From a virus, in the IMG/VR virus record IMGVR_UViG_3300024999_000049, positions 56,194 to 120,193 of that record: DNA of 64,000 nucleotides; one strand, written 5' to 3'. Below the pieces are notes generated by a model. That model saw only the letters and a list, made by a program, of their open reading frames with translations. It did no database searches and had not been told where the DNA came from. Shown in pieces: positions 10,549 to 22,192 of this stretch (its first letter is position 1; each line of letters begins with the position of its first letter). The position numbers and the translations under genes were made by a program.

Positions 10549-13500
10549 TAAAATACACTTCCTTTTTAATTTTATTTTTTGTTATAGATTGAAGGATATT
10601 ATATTTATCTAATTCCCAATTCCATTTTTAATCTTTTTTCCCAGTCTATCGGCTTGACATGTATTTCATTTTCCATTTTATCAACTATAATTGATTTACT
10701 TCTCTGTGATTTTAATTTTAAGGTATCACCAATATTATAGTTTTTTCTGACTTTACCAATGAGATATAAAACTCCGTGACCTTTAAAATATATTTTTATC
10801 ATTTTTTTTTTCATTCCTTTCTATATTATATTTATTTGCTTTAATAAGCTTTAAAACCCATAACTTTTATGTATTGCTGTTATACTGTTTACAGGTTTTA
10901 AAGGGTATTAAATACCCTTAGAATCATTTAAATTTTTTAGTACTTTTATTGCAGATTCTTTTTTACTAACTTCAAACAATCTTAATAAAAATTTTTCTTT
11001 TAACGAAATTATTGTTTCAATTGATTCTACATCAATATTATACAATTTGCTGATATCCTGCATTATTTCTGCTTTTGTTTTGTTATAGTGTGGCATAATA
11101 GAGTTAACATATTCACCATTAATAATTAAAGTATAAATTCTTCCTGACTGATAAATTTTATTCATTGCTAAAATCACTCCTATATTTTAGTAGTAAACTG
11201 TTATATTGTTTACTCTATGGCTACACACCATATTATTATTGCTGTTTTATGGTGTGCGCTAACAGTAGACAAAATCATTCGCATTGAGATATCAAAAAAT
11301 TACAACAACCTTGCTTTCTCAATTCTCTTGCATTATCATGAGCTTCAAGCCACGAATTAAATTTTTCTTGATAATTAAAACCGTTATTGTCGGAATAATC
11401 TAAATAATACATTTTTACACCTTCTTTCCTTCTATTTGTTATAGAAAATTATAATCTTTTCATTAATCCATTAGAGGAAATAACTTCAAAGCGGAAATTT
11501 TCGCCAGTGTTAGTAATATAACATTTTCCGCGAATAGTTCCACAATCACAGTCTTTCATTCCGCATAATGCATTATTAATTCTATTGTCCTGTGATTGTG
11601 TCAATCTAAATGTTTTTGTTTGCTCATTGTAATTGATTATTACATTACATTGAGTATTGTGGAAATTGTTTACAAGAGTAACTTTTAAACGTGACATATA
11701 ATTACCTCCATGCTTTAAGGATAAGCATACCTTTAATTTTAAGTACTATTATGTACTTTATAAATTATACCATAGATATTAACCAGACTATGGCATAATC
11801 AGATAAAAAACATAAAAGCAGGTCATAAAAACTGGATTTTATCGTGCCTTTATTTCTTGTGTGCTGTTATTGGTTAAATCGTGAAATATAGCTGTAAAAT
11901 CCTGATAATTGATTCTTAATTCAATATTCATTGTTGCAAGTGTATCTTTTATTGCTTCAATTTGATTAAACATTCTTGTTTTTACTTCCTTTTTTCCTGC
12001 TACTTTTGCAATTGTATTGTCCTTGTATAATGTAAGTTTTCTTTCGATAAGGTTTATTAAATTTTCGTTATAGTGTGCTAACATTTTTATTCTCCTTTAT
12101 GTTTTATATTTGTTCTTCGATTATGATACTTGCCATTAAAACCATAAAATTAAAATCTTCAAAATTTGTTTCATCTTCTGTAAAATTTTCTAACATAATT
12201 ATTTTTGCTTCTTCTGTGCGATTTTCATCAAGAGCTAAAACATCTAAATAATTTTTATCTTTATCTAGTGCTTCAATGCTGTTATAACGTTCCCATATTA
12301 ATTTTTTATCGAATTCTGTTAATGTCATATTTTAAACTCCTTTCATAAAGTGATTAAAAGTTATATTTTATCGTGTTATTGCTATTCTTCACACCATGTA
12401 ATCATATAATCAATTCCGTCAATTAATCCTAGTTTATTAGCTGCCTGTATTGCTTCTGATTCTGTTTTATAAAGCGTTGTGTTTTCAATTGGCATATCGT
12501 TTATCATACTTGTTATTTCATATGTTATAACTTTTCCCATTAACATGTAGTCACAAAAATTGTCAATGTCTTGCTGTGTTAATATCTCGTAATTGTTATC
12601 AACTGTTATTTGTACTAGATTTTTTTCGAAGTCAAAATCGGAATCAAAGGACAAACTATCATTAGTAAAAAATTCTTTCAATGCTTCATGGAATAAAATG
12701 TCATTTGATTTACATTTTTCGTGATAGATTATTTCTAAATTTGTCATTGTGTTATACCCTTCTTTCATTATAAATTTTAATAGTCATAGTGATATGAAAA
12801 TCTTACTGTTATATGATTTTTAAACTTTTTGACTTTTACATACCTTGCGAAACAATTTCCTGTACAATCATACATAGAGTTAATATGGTAATATTCATTA
12901 TGTAAGGAAATACCATGCTTATAAAAATACCTTATTACCTTTTTAATATCTGCATGATTAAAAGTATAATGTGTTATCCTTGTATCACTGTTACCTGTAT
13001 TTAATTCTCTTATCATACCATATTCAGTATTTGTTATTTTGCATTTATCACAGTAGTCATTTATACCATTGAATAACTCAAGGTAATTTTCATATTCTTC
13101 TTCACTTGTTAATGTAAATGTCATTTCCTGTTGATGTCCACATTTTTTAAATTTGATATTACGAGTTTTAATTTTTGGGTTTTCAAGTGTTATCATTGAC
13201 ATTGTTTTATCCCTCCATAAATTTATTTTAATCTTATTTACATACTATGTAAATATTCCAGTGTATAAATTGTTATTGCTTGACTTGTTATACACTGGAG
13301 AAATACATACTATATTAATTAGTCCAAAAGTCTATTTTATAAGTATCATTTTCTCTTGTAAAAACCATTTTACTTTTTCCGTCATTAATGTTTAAACAAT
13401 AACTTTTGTTATCTTGTAGGTTGACAATTTTATTTGTTGTTTCCTCAGATAAACTAAAATTTTTGCATACTGTTTTAATGTTATATGCCGGAATTCTTTT

Positions 13501-16480
13501 TTCAATCCTTTTTGAGTATTCAAGCATAGTTATAATTTTTTCCATTGTATTATGCTCCTTTATTCTGTTATTATATTTATTTACTATCCAGTAAATAAGT
13601 CATAGCATAGACTGTTATTCTATGCTATCAATAAACACTGGCTTGTTATTATAGTTAATTAAAAATTTTATATATGTCTCTGACTTCTTGTGCTTTTATA
13701 TTGCAGCCGTTTTTATAATCTTTGCTAATATCTTGTCCTTTGACATTAGATTGATTACTATAATATGCTGCAAGTGAGTCTAATGCTTCTCTTATTAATA
13801 TCAATTCTCTTTCTGTAAATTGTTCTTTCATGATTTTTGCTTTTTCAGTCATAATATTATCACTCCATTTTTTAAAGTAGTACATTACTTTTATGTACTC
13901 TATAAACTGTATACACTGTCACTATATACAGTCTAACAACACATAAATATGTTATTTCATTTACTAAATTCAATTTTTCCATAGTAAGGATAAAAACTAC
14001 CATCTCTATATATTTCATATCTAAATGTTTTATCCTTTGTTTGATAAATTGTTATAATACTGGAATTGTAGTTATTACCAATATTATGGGATAATACGCT
14101 TATTTTTTTATAACTTTTTGGAATTTCTCCAAGTGGTTTACCTTTGTAAAGAATTGCTTTTCTGTTATCAAGTTTTTCGCCTTGTAAATTTCCATTTACT
14201 ATTATTTCTTTTTTCATATTTATACACTTCCTATTATACAAAGTAGTAACACTTTGATTATACAATGTTACTCTATACAATGCACTATCAATTATTTTTT
14301 GTTATAGTGCATTCAAACAGTAGCATTATTATATTTTTTCTGTTATAGGTTTATTAATGGATTTTCAATGGCTATTTGGTAAAATTCACCTTTAATGTCG
14401 CATAACTTGCAGCATTCAAGATACTTATAACCTGCTACATAATTTTTATTGAATGCCTCATTTATTATCTGGTATGCTAAATCCATATTATCATTATTAT
14501 ATGCTTTGTAAAACTCTCTTACTATGTACATTTGAAGGTTATCAGCATTATTGACGGAGTCTTTCAAAGCAGATACTAACATATTCGCTTTTTCAAAGTT
14601 TTGTTGTATTGTGCTTTTTATCATTATATTTCCTTCTTTCCAATTTTATTTGATAGCCATTTTATACTATCTATAAAAGCCATAACTTTATTGCTGTTAT
14701 GACTTCTAACATGGTATAAAATCAATTTTGAAAAGCCATTTTTAATACTTCTATTTCATTTTCAGCATTTTCATATGATGTATATTCTTTTTCTTTTGAT
14801 TCTTCAATACATTCTAATGTGCTTCTATCTACTGCAAAATAAAAGCCTTCAATGTAAAATTTTCCGTCAATTTCCGTTACAGATAAGCCATTTAAATTAG
14901 TCAATTATTATTTCCCTTCTTTCCTATGAAATCAGTTTTTATTAACGTGTATTTAATATTAGATAAATTTAAAAATCTTCCAAACCAGAATTTAAAGCTT
15001 CCTTCAAAATCATTCCATTCATATGTTTTTGTTTTATCTTCCCATTCTGTACAAGTTCTCACTGTTAACATTTCATCATCAATTATTAATGTATTTCCCT
15101 TTACTTCATAACCTTTGATTGTTAATACTTTTTTTAATAATTCCGTTCTATGTGTTAAGTTCGGCTTGATTACTTTAGTTAAATTAATTTTAATCATTCA
15201 ATTTCCCTCCATAAACTATGTATTTTAACCTCTTTACTCTGCATTTTACAGGCTTGTAACTGTTATAACATTGCTGTTATAGCTGCATTAAAGAGGGATG
15301 CAAGTAAATTATGCATTCCACATTAAATCTTCTAAATATTCTTCCAATTCATACCATGATGTACACTCAAAAAGTAGTTCTCCGTTTTCTGTTACTTCAC
15401 AGTTATTTAGGCTATCAACTGTAATTTCCATACTACCTATGATGCATTCACCGTCATTTTTTAGTGCTTTACGGACTTCTGTAAGTGATATTGATTGTAT
15501 GTTCTCAAATTTTCTACCTTGTGTCATTGTAAACACCTCCAATAAATTTATTAAGGATATACATGTTATTTTGTTATTGTTATTTTAACATATATATCCT
15601 TTTTTCGGTATCCTGTATTTGGTTTTGTTGTTCAGCTATTGTATAAACTTAACAGTTTTTCAAATGTCTTGTTTATCATTTTTTCATCCATTATTGTGTA
15701 AAAAAATTCTTTACTGACTGTTACAATTTTTTCATTTTCCATTTTCCAATTGTATACACCTAATGTTATTTCCTCATTTCCATTTATAAAAAATCGGAAA
15801 TACATTTTTAATCTGTCATGAGTATAAATCCATGATAATTTTTCAGTATCTTTTTTAATGTTATTTAATTCATCAAGATTGATTATATTTAACATATTAC
15901 ACGCTCCTATAAATTATATTTTGATTAAATTTACAGGATACTCAAAAAAGTTCATATATGTTTTTGTTTGCTGCTATTAGTCAATTTTATATGTTAATCT
16001 AATACCAGACTTTTTATCTATATTGAATAAGACTTGTTTATATTTTCTTTCATATGTCAGAGCTAAAAATAAATGACATTTTAAAATATGTCGCTTCAAT
16101 AAGCTATTAAAAGTTAACATATGATTTACTGGTATATTCAAGTCTTATTCTATTTTCAAAAGTACTTTACAAGCTACTTTACATACAGATTATACATTTT
16201 GCTTTTTTATCCCCATTAATTCACTTGATTTATTATTACTAACCTCATACTATCCTATAGCCAGTAAACTAATTGCAATTATCAATAATCGATTTTTATA
16301 CTTTAAATCTAACCACTATTGATAATTAGTGTTTAACTGGCAAAAATTCCGGGTTTTAAGATTTTCAATGTCAAGTTTATAATGGACTTCAAAAGCTACT
16401 ATGTATATTCTGTTTTCAATGTTCAGTGGGTATTCCGTCCAGTGCCGTAACCCTATTTACTACTATCAAATTACATTCTA

Positions 16481-16509
16481 ATATTATACCCATTTAGTTA
16501 AAGTGTCAA
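16481..16509 (-). promoter_or_regulatory. SigmaA promoter heading the early array
   Basis: TTGACA-N17-TAATAT (overlapping TATAAT); shares AAATAGTATTGACA with the 6.4-kb promoter. Confidence 0.7.
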
Positions 16510-16957
16510 TACTATTTATAAATAATTATTATATTTATTTAAATAAAATATCATTAGAAGGAAGTCAGTAAATTTATTGTGTTGTTTGTGGCTTGTAACG
16601 TGCTTATTACTGCATGGTATACAGGTATATTGTAGTGTGTGTTTATTCCCTTATTAATTGATACGTTTTAGGGTATTTTAGCGTGATATTGTGTTGGGTA
16701 GTATGTTTATGTGTCTGATATGGTTTTAGTGGCTAATTTTGGCTTATATGTGCTTGTATTGCCTATGTAGTAACGTGTAGTAAATGGATATAGTAATGGG
16801 TAAACAGTAAATCAATTGTAACATGCCTAAATGACATTTAAGGCTTATTATATTTCTTTAGTATCCAATTACATTCAGGTATTTTACTCTGTCCTATGTG
16901 GCATTTTAAAGCAAATAAACGGTTTACATAATTATCTTCTACCCGCAACCATAGTAC

Positions 16958-16993
16958 TTATCCACATGGTTGTTGATAACTTATTGTGGATAA
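16958..16993. promoter_or_regulatory. Cluster of three DnaA boxes
   Basis: TTATCCACA (16958), TGTTGATAA (16971, one mismatch), TGTGGATAA (16985). Confidence 0.75.
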
Positions 16994-18384
16994 GTCTGCT
17001 ATGTGTTGGTATTATAGGTCTGTGAGTACTATTCAAAGTGTATCTATTAATTAGTAAAGTGTATCGATATAGTATTAATAGTGTATTGGTGGTTACCTTG
17101 TATACATACATGTGTATGGCTTGTACAGTTTATTGTATTGATATTGTGTGTTTGTCCTCCACTTTGGTATGGTTTTATGGGTATAATTTGGGATCAGAAA
17201 CCACTTTTAGTACCTTGCATTATTTAGTACTGTGTTTTAATATATACTATACAATGTATAGTATTGTTTATTGTATAGTATTATATAATGTATAATACTT
17301 CAACAGAAAATCCCCTGTTATATATGCCGATGTCCTGAAACATGCATTGTATACAGCAAATAGCCTATTCTGTAGGCTTGTAGCCGTTACCTATTATATC
17401 ACACGATTATACATGCAAATACTATCAATATTCATTCAATTTATATCGCTATAACGATACAAATATAATAATCCATGTCAATTCCCTTCACTATTACCAT
17501 AGTATTACTTATTCTTTGGAGATATTTATACAATAATTCTATTGCCTTATGATGCAGTATTCATGCATATTACAGGCTATTTTAATCAATACATTACATG
17601 TCTTACAAGCATATCCGGGCATAGTTTACAAAAATTACTTCCATTTATTCCCAGCTTATGCTATGAGCACTTCCATCCACAGCGCGTTGTAGATTTTCAA
17701 ATTAAAGCAACAAATAGTTACAATTATTTTACACAATCCAAAAATAAAATTTTACACTAAACACCCAACTTTTCCAATAAAACTAAAAATATATCTTCAA
17801 AACACACATTTTACTTTCGCAACCTCTTCGAACAAACTCACTCATATCAACTATTTCAACCATATACACTCAACCTATATAACCATCACCCATAGGGGCT
17901 ACATTTTACAATTCCACCCTAAACAATCCCCTATATACCCTACCTTCCTCATAGAATTCAAACATTTTAAATACCATAATAAAATCCCATCAAACTCAAC
18001 AATATGAACTATTATACCTTATACAATAGCAACGAATATAGCAAATAAATAACAAAATAATTTTATGATCTTATTATTCTATCCAATCATTTATTCATTA
18101 AAAATATCGTACCCTACGAGTCAATAACCATAACAATAATAATATCTTCAAGATCACAAATCAAAACAGCCTTATAATCCATTAACCACAATACATATAC
18201 ACAAATCAACCATATACACAAATTAAAGAATAAGTTTAATTACCGATAACAATAAATAAATCATCTGAATAATATACAGATTTTCATATTAAAACCAACT
18301 TAACAAAATTTATAATTATAATTTTTGATAATTAAACATAATCATGATGAAAAACATTTTAACAAAATATATATAATAATATTG

Positions 18385-18413
18385 TTGACACGATAAAATA
18401 TACATGATACAAT
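18385..18413 (+). promoter_or_regulatory. SigmaA promoter (rightward)
   Basis: TTGACA-N17-TACAAT with TG extension. Confidence 0.8.
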
Positions 18414-18486
18414 GTAATTAGGTGTAAAATTTAATAATATAGAAATCAGAATACAATAAAGGTTACGCTACCGCCCTACGGTTGGA

Positions 18487-18540
18487 GAAACATATTTGGC
18501 TGAAGCCAAATATGTTTCAATTATTATTTTATTTTTTATA
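18487..18540 (+). terminator. Perfect 14-bp hairpin, probable intrinsic terminator
   Basis: GAAACATATTTGGC-TGAA-GCCAAATATGTTTC followed by a T-rich run. Confidence 0.65.
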
Positions 18541-18600
18541 TTTATGATTTAGTTATAAATACTATATATAATTTGTAACCAAATTGTAACAATTATTATA

Positions 18601-18629
18601 TTGACTTATTTTAACTAAGTTGATATAAT
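18601..18629 (+). promoter_or_regulatory. SigmaA promoter upstream of the 301-aa gene
   Basis: TTGACT-N17-TATAAT with TG extension. Confidence 0.8.
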
Positions 18630-18803
18630 AATAATAGCAATACTTATTGAACTTTGAAAACTGAATATAACTGATTTTATTTTATTTTATCTAATTTACC
18701 AATAAAGAAAAATGGAACTATTTTTATGTTTCTATCTATCACCAGAATTAACGTAAGAGAATAGAGAAGGAAACCGCACTCAAGACCGCTATTTCATCAT
18801 ACC

Positions 18804-18847
18804 AAATGTAACGCCGATTGTGCAGAAATGCAACGTCAATTGTGCAG
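18804..18847 (+). repeat. Two tandem 22-bp imperfect direct repeats
   Basis: AAATGTAACGCCGATTGTGCAG / AAATGCAACGTCAATTGTGCAG. Confidence 0.85.
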
Positions 18848-18883
18848 TTATTTTTTGCTATCTAATTTTATGAAAGGAGTTAT

Positions 18884-19789
18884 ATGGAAGAAAGAAAACC
18901 TGAAAGAACCTTTGTAGATGTGGATACAGGAGAGTATATTCAACTCTATGAAGGAGAAACCCTTACAAAACACAAAGAGAAGTCACCTTCTCAAAAAAAA
19001 GCTATTACTAAATCAATAGAAACAAAAGAATTAAATGAAGAAGTTAAAGAATGGAATACTGAACTAGGAGGATTTGTATTTGTGCTTTTTAAATATTGTA
19101 ATGAAGTTTTGAATCAGCATCCAGAGATTGTGCCTGAAGATATAACTAAGTTATTTTACCTTGCTACATATGTAGATTTTGATGGATACTTAATATATAA
19201 CGATTCTTATATGACTAGATATGAGATGCAAGAGTTATTACAATTAAGTAGAAAGAACTTTGACTTATTCTTTAATAAATTAAAGTCTCTAAAAATAATA
19301 TCTCAGGATAGTAGTAAAAACATTAAAATTAATAAAGAATATTTTGTAAAAGGTGAAATTGATAAGGATATTCAAAAATATTACAATTACACTAGAGTCT
19401 ATATTAAAACAATAAGATATCTATTTGAACATGTTCCTTTAAGAAAGCACAAACAATTGGGGTCATATTTTAAATTGATACCTTATATACATAGACAACA
19501 AAATACTTTATGTTGGAATCCAGAAAATGAACAATCTGATATAAAACTTATGCATGTAAAAGACCTACAAAATATATTAGGATATCATAGGAATAGCGTT
19601 AGATCATTTATAAAAGAACTGCTCTCCACTAGGTTAGAAAATGGTGAAGCTATTCTTGGATTCTTTAGAACAGATTATGATGAAGGAAAATCATTTATTA
19701 TTGTAAATCCCAAAGTTTTCTATGGTGGAAACTTTAAACTGGATGAGGGTAAAAACACAATAATTAAATGGTTTGGTAAAATAAATTGA
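18884..19789 (+). CDS. Double winged-helix DNA-binding protein, RepL/replication-initiator-like
   Basis: VDVDTGE N-terminus; two HTH-like segments ending INKEYFVKG and VNPKVFYGG. Confidence 0.55.
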   Translation: MEERKPERTFVDVDTGEYIQLYEGETLTKHKEKSPSQKKAITKSIETKELNEEVKEWNTELGGFVFVLFKYCNEVLNQHPEIVPEDITKLFYLATYVDFDGYLIYNDSYMTRYEMQELLQLSRKNFDLFFNKLKSLKIISQDSSKNIKINKEYFVKGEIDKDIQKYYNYTRVYIKTIRYLFEHVPLRKHKQLGSYFKLIPYIHRQQNTLCWNPENEQSDIKLMHVKDLQNILGYHRNSVRSFIKELLSTRLENGEAILGFFRTDYDEGKSFIIVNPKVFYGGNFKLDEGKNTIIKWFGKIN

Positions 19790-19807
19790 TATAATAAGGA
19801 GAATACA

Positions 19808-20869
19808 ATGTTGAAATTACCAATGGCTTTAGATTTAAAAACTAATACTTTAATACATATTAGCAATGTTACAAATGAAAATAAAAATCAATTTGAATTT
19901 ATTTGCCCTAAATGTAAGAGTCCACTTATAATTAAAATGGGAGATATAAAGACGCACCATTTTGCTCATAAAATTAAAGACTGTGAAATAAATGGTGAAA
20001 CTATCATGCATCTATTGGCAAAGACAATAATCAGTGAAAATAGCACAATAATATTTCCTATATACAATCCTGTAACTTTAAAGTGGTTAAGAATTGAACA
20101 ACCATATACTATTCATAAAATAGAATCTAGTTATGAAGATATAATTCCAGATATGATTATAAATATAAATGGAAGACTTGTTTTTATAGAAGTAGCCTTT
20201 AGTCACTTTATAGACAAGGAAAAATATGAGAAACTAAAAAGAATAGGTATAGAAACATGGGAAATTGATTTAAGAAAGTTGGATATTTATAATTATGATT
20301 CTTTTGCATTTGGAATGATAAGGGATATATTTAACAAGGAATCTATTATAATCAATTTGGGAGATTATAGAGATTATCTTAATTCTGATTATGAAGAATT
20401 TAGCAAATCAAATCTTTTGGCATATGAATTAGTAGAACAATATAATAAAACTGAAGATATTGATTTTAGTGATTATGGAAAGCAATATCCCTTATTACAT
20501 GGTAATAATTATTTCAAACTTATTGGTACTAAAAACATGAAAGAATATTGGTTATGTATTTACCATGACAAAATTGATACTAAAGAAATTATTACTGTTG
20601 AAATATATTATAATACAAACATTGATCTTAAAAGTATTCATCTGGTACATTATAAATTAACTAAAAACAACAATTATACTTCTTTCTCTGGTGGATGGTA
20701 TAGTGAATATAATAAATTCAACGATGAAACCACTGATAATCTTGATTATATGGCATGGTATTTGAAAGAATTATTAAATAATAAGAATAAAGTAAATCTT
20801 AAATATAATAAATATAATGATAACTACATGTTATTTGGTGGAATAGTTTTGAAATGCAAATACAATTAA
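19808..20869 (+). CDS. CoiA-like Zn-finger + PD-(D/E)xK nuclease
   Basis: CPKC...HHFAH...GETIMH..AK, IIPDM...FIEVAFSH. Confidence 0.75.
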   Translation: MLKLPMALDLKTNTLIHISNVTNENKNQFEFICPKCKSPLIIKMGDIKTHHFAHKIKDCEINGETIMHLLAKTIISENSTIIFPIYNPVTLKWLRIEQPYTIHKIESSYEDIIPDMIININGRLVFIEVAFSHFIDKEKYEKLKRIGIETWEIDLRKLDIYNYDSFAFGMIRDIFNKESIIINLGDYRDYLNSDYEEFSKSNLLAYELVEQYNKTEDIDFSDYGKQYPLLHGNNYFKLIGTKNMKEYWLCIYHDKIDTKEIITVEIYYNTNIDLKSIHLVHYKLTKNNNYTSFSGGWYSEYNKFNDETTDNLDYMAWYLKELLNNKNKVNLKYNKYNDNYMLFGGIVLKCKYN

Positions 20870-20961
20870 GTGATAAGTTAAAGAATTATTTAATATTAAG
20901 ATATAAGTTCTTTAATATTAATATATAAACTTATAGATATAAAGAAAGGAGGAAACTAATT

Positions 20962-21135
20962 ATGGAATATGTAGAAGGTTATGATTTAGATATATATCCA
21001 GAAGAAGTAATTAAATATTGTCCGTTATGTGGTTTGGAATGTGTAGACATAGGAGTTAATGGAGCAGGAATTTATGAAGGAGAAGATTTTGTTTGTGTCA
21101 ATGTAGATTGTAAAAATTATTTTAAACATATTTAA
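20962..21135 (+). CDS. Small Zn-ribbon protein (57 aa), not in ORF track
   Basis: AAAGGAGG RBS; CPLCG...CVNVDC. Confidence 0.7.
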   Translation: MEYVEGYDLDIYPEEVIKYCPLCGLECVDIGVNGAGIYEGEDFVCVNVDCKNYFKHI

Positions 21136-21335
21136 TGTAAATATATCCGTTTAATCCTTTATTTTTACTCAAATTTTCCCTAGAATTTCCTCAATTTTTG
21201 TCTAATTTCCACCCAATTTTACTAAATTCTAAGAAATTTTGAGTAAAATTTAAATAAAACAAAATACCTGCTAAAACTCACTAATTCCCCACCAAATACT
21301 GAAAAAACTTTTTAACTAAGTAGATATAATAATGC

Positions 21336-21365
21336 TTGACACAGCTTTCCACCTCATGGTATAAT
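21336..21365 (+). promoter_or_regulatory. SigmaA promoter
   Basis: TTGACA-N18-TATAAT with TG extension. Confidence 0.75.
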
Positions 21366-21537
21366 GTATATGTGAGGTTGAGGTAACAAAAAAAATAAAT
21401 ATAGTAAAGGTTGATTTTCAGTGTCTTATGACTCCCATCATTTTACACTCATATACATAGAGGGGCAGTACTTTACAATTGTACTCCCCTCACCCACCTT
21501 AACTATGGTATTTTTGAAGAAAGGAGGACTTAAAACA

Positions 21538-21771
21538 ATGACGTATAGAAAAGAACTTACTATTGTCACAGCAGAAGCAGATGATATAGAAAAAGGTACA
21601 GAATTTTATTTAAAAGATGATGTTGATGCTATGATTAATGATATTGAAAATGAAGTTAATGAAATACAATCTTACATAGAAGATTATAAAGAATGGACTG
21701 TCGATGATTTAATTAATAATCTAGACATTATTTATGAAAAATTAAAAAAATTATCTAATAATTTATATTAA
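21538..21771 (+). CDS. Hypothetical acidic protein (start reassigned to ATG 21538)
   Basis: AAGGAGG RBS precedes MTYRKEL. Confidence 0.7.
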   Translation: MTYRKELTIVTAEADDIEKGTEFYLKDDVDAMINDIENEVNEIQSYIEDYKEWTVDDLINNLDIIYEKLKKLSNNLY

Positions 21772-21814
21772 TTAAATTTATATGATATTAAAAAGAAAGG
21801 AGGAAATCTAGACA

Positions 21815-22192
21815 ATGCTAAAATATAAGGATACATATTTTATTGGTAAGACAAAAGATTCTAAAGGTATTGTCTCATCAAATAAAGATGATAACTATAT
21901 ACGTTGCAAGAATGGTATTCAAATTTATCGTTACAACAAAAATATATTAGTAGTTCAATTTAATACAGTTGGTATTGCTAATAATCGTTTAAAAGAATTA
22001 TCTGCTATAGGAATTAATTTAACACCTTTTCAAATTGGAGATAATGAACAGACCTATACATTCTCTGAATCTATATTGGATAAAGTAGCTGATATTGTAA
22101 AAGCCAGAAAGAGAATTAAAAAGAATTATACAGATGAACAGAAATTAGAAATAAAACTCAGATTAGAAAAAGGACGTAATTTGAATAGATAA
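21815..22192 (+). CDS. Hypothetical phage protein
   Basis: AAGGAGG RBS. Confidence 0.75.
   Translation: MLKYKDTYFIGKTKDSKGIVSSNKDDNYIRCKNGIQIYRYNKNILVVQFNTVGIANNRLKELSAIGINLTPFQIGDNEQTYTFSESILDKVADIVKARKRIKKNYTDEQKLEIKLRLEKGRNLNR

Larger units (their letters stand above)
1..15895 (-). other. Early/accessory phage gene array (about 50 short co-oriented hypothetical genes)
   Basis: Dense minus-strand ORFs of 50-290 aa, nearly all preceded by GGAG/AGGAGG-type RBS (CTCC/CCTCC on +); plus-strand ORFs here look like antisense shadows. Confidence 0.9.

Noticed and set aside
5956..15296. Classical integron attC sites
   Set aside because: Hairpins lack consistent RYYYAAC...GTTRRRY ends in cassette orientation, and no IntI is present in the window
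394..15588. Plus-strand ORFs in the early region and minus-strand ORFs in the late region
   Set aside because: Antisense shadows of real genes; F/L/I/S-rich and without RBS
16831..17760. Three short plus-strand ORFs in the divergence region
   Set aside because: No RBS; composition follows the local GT/CA skew
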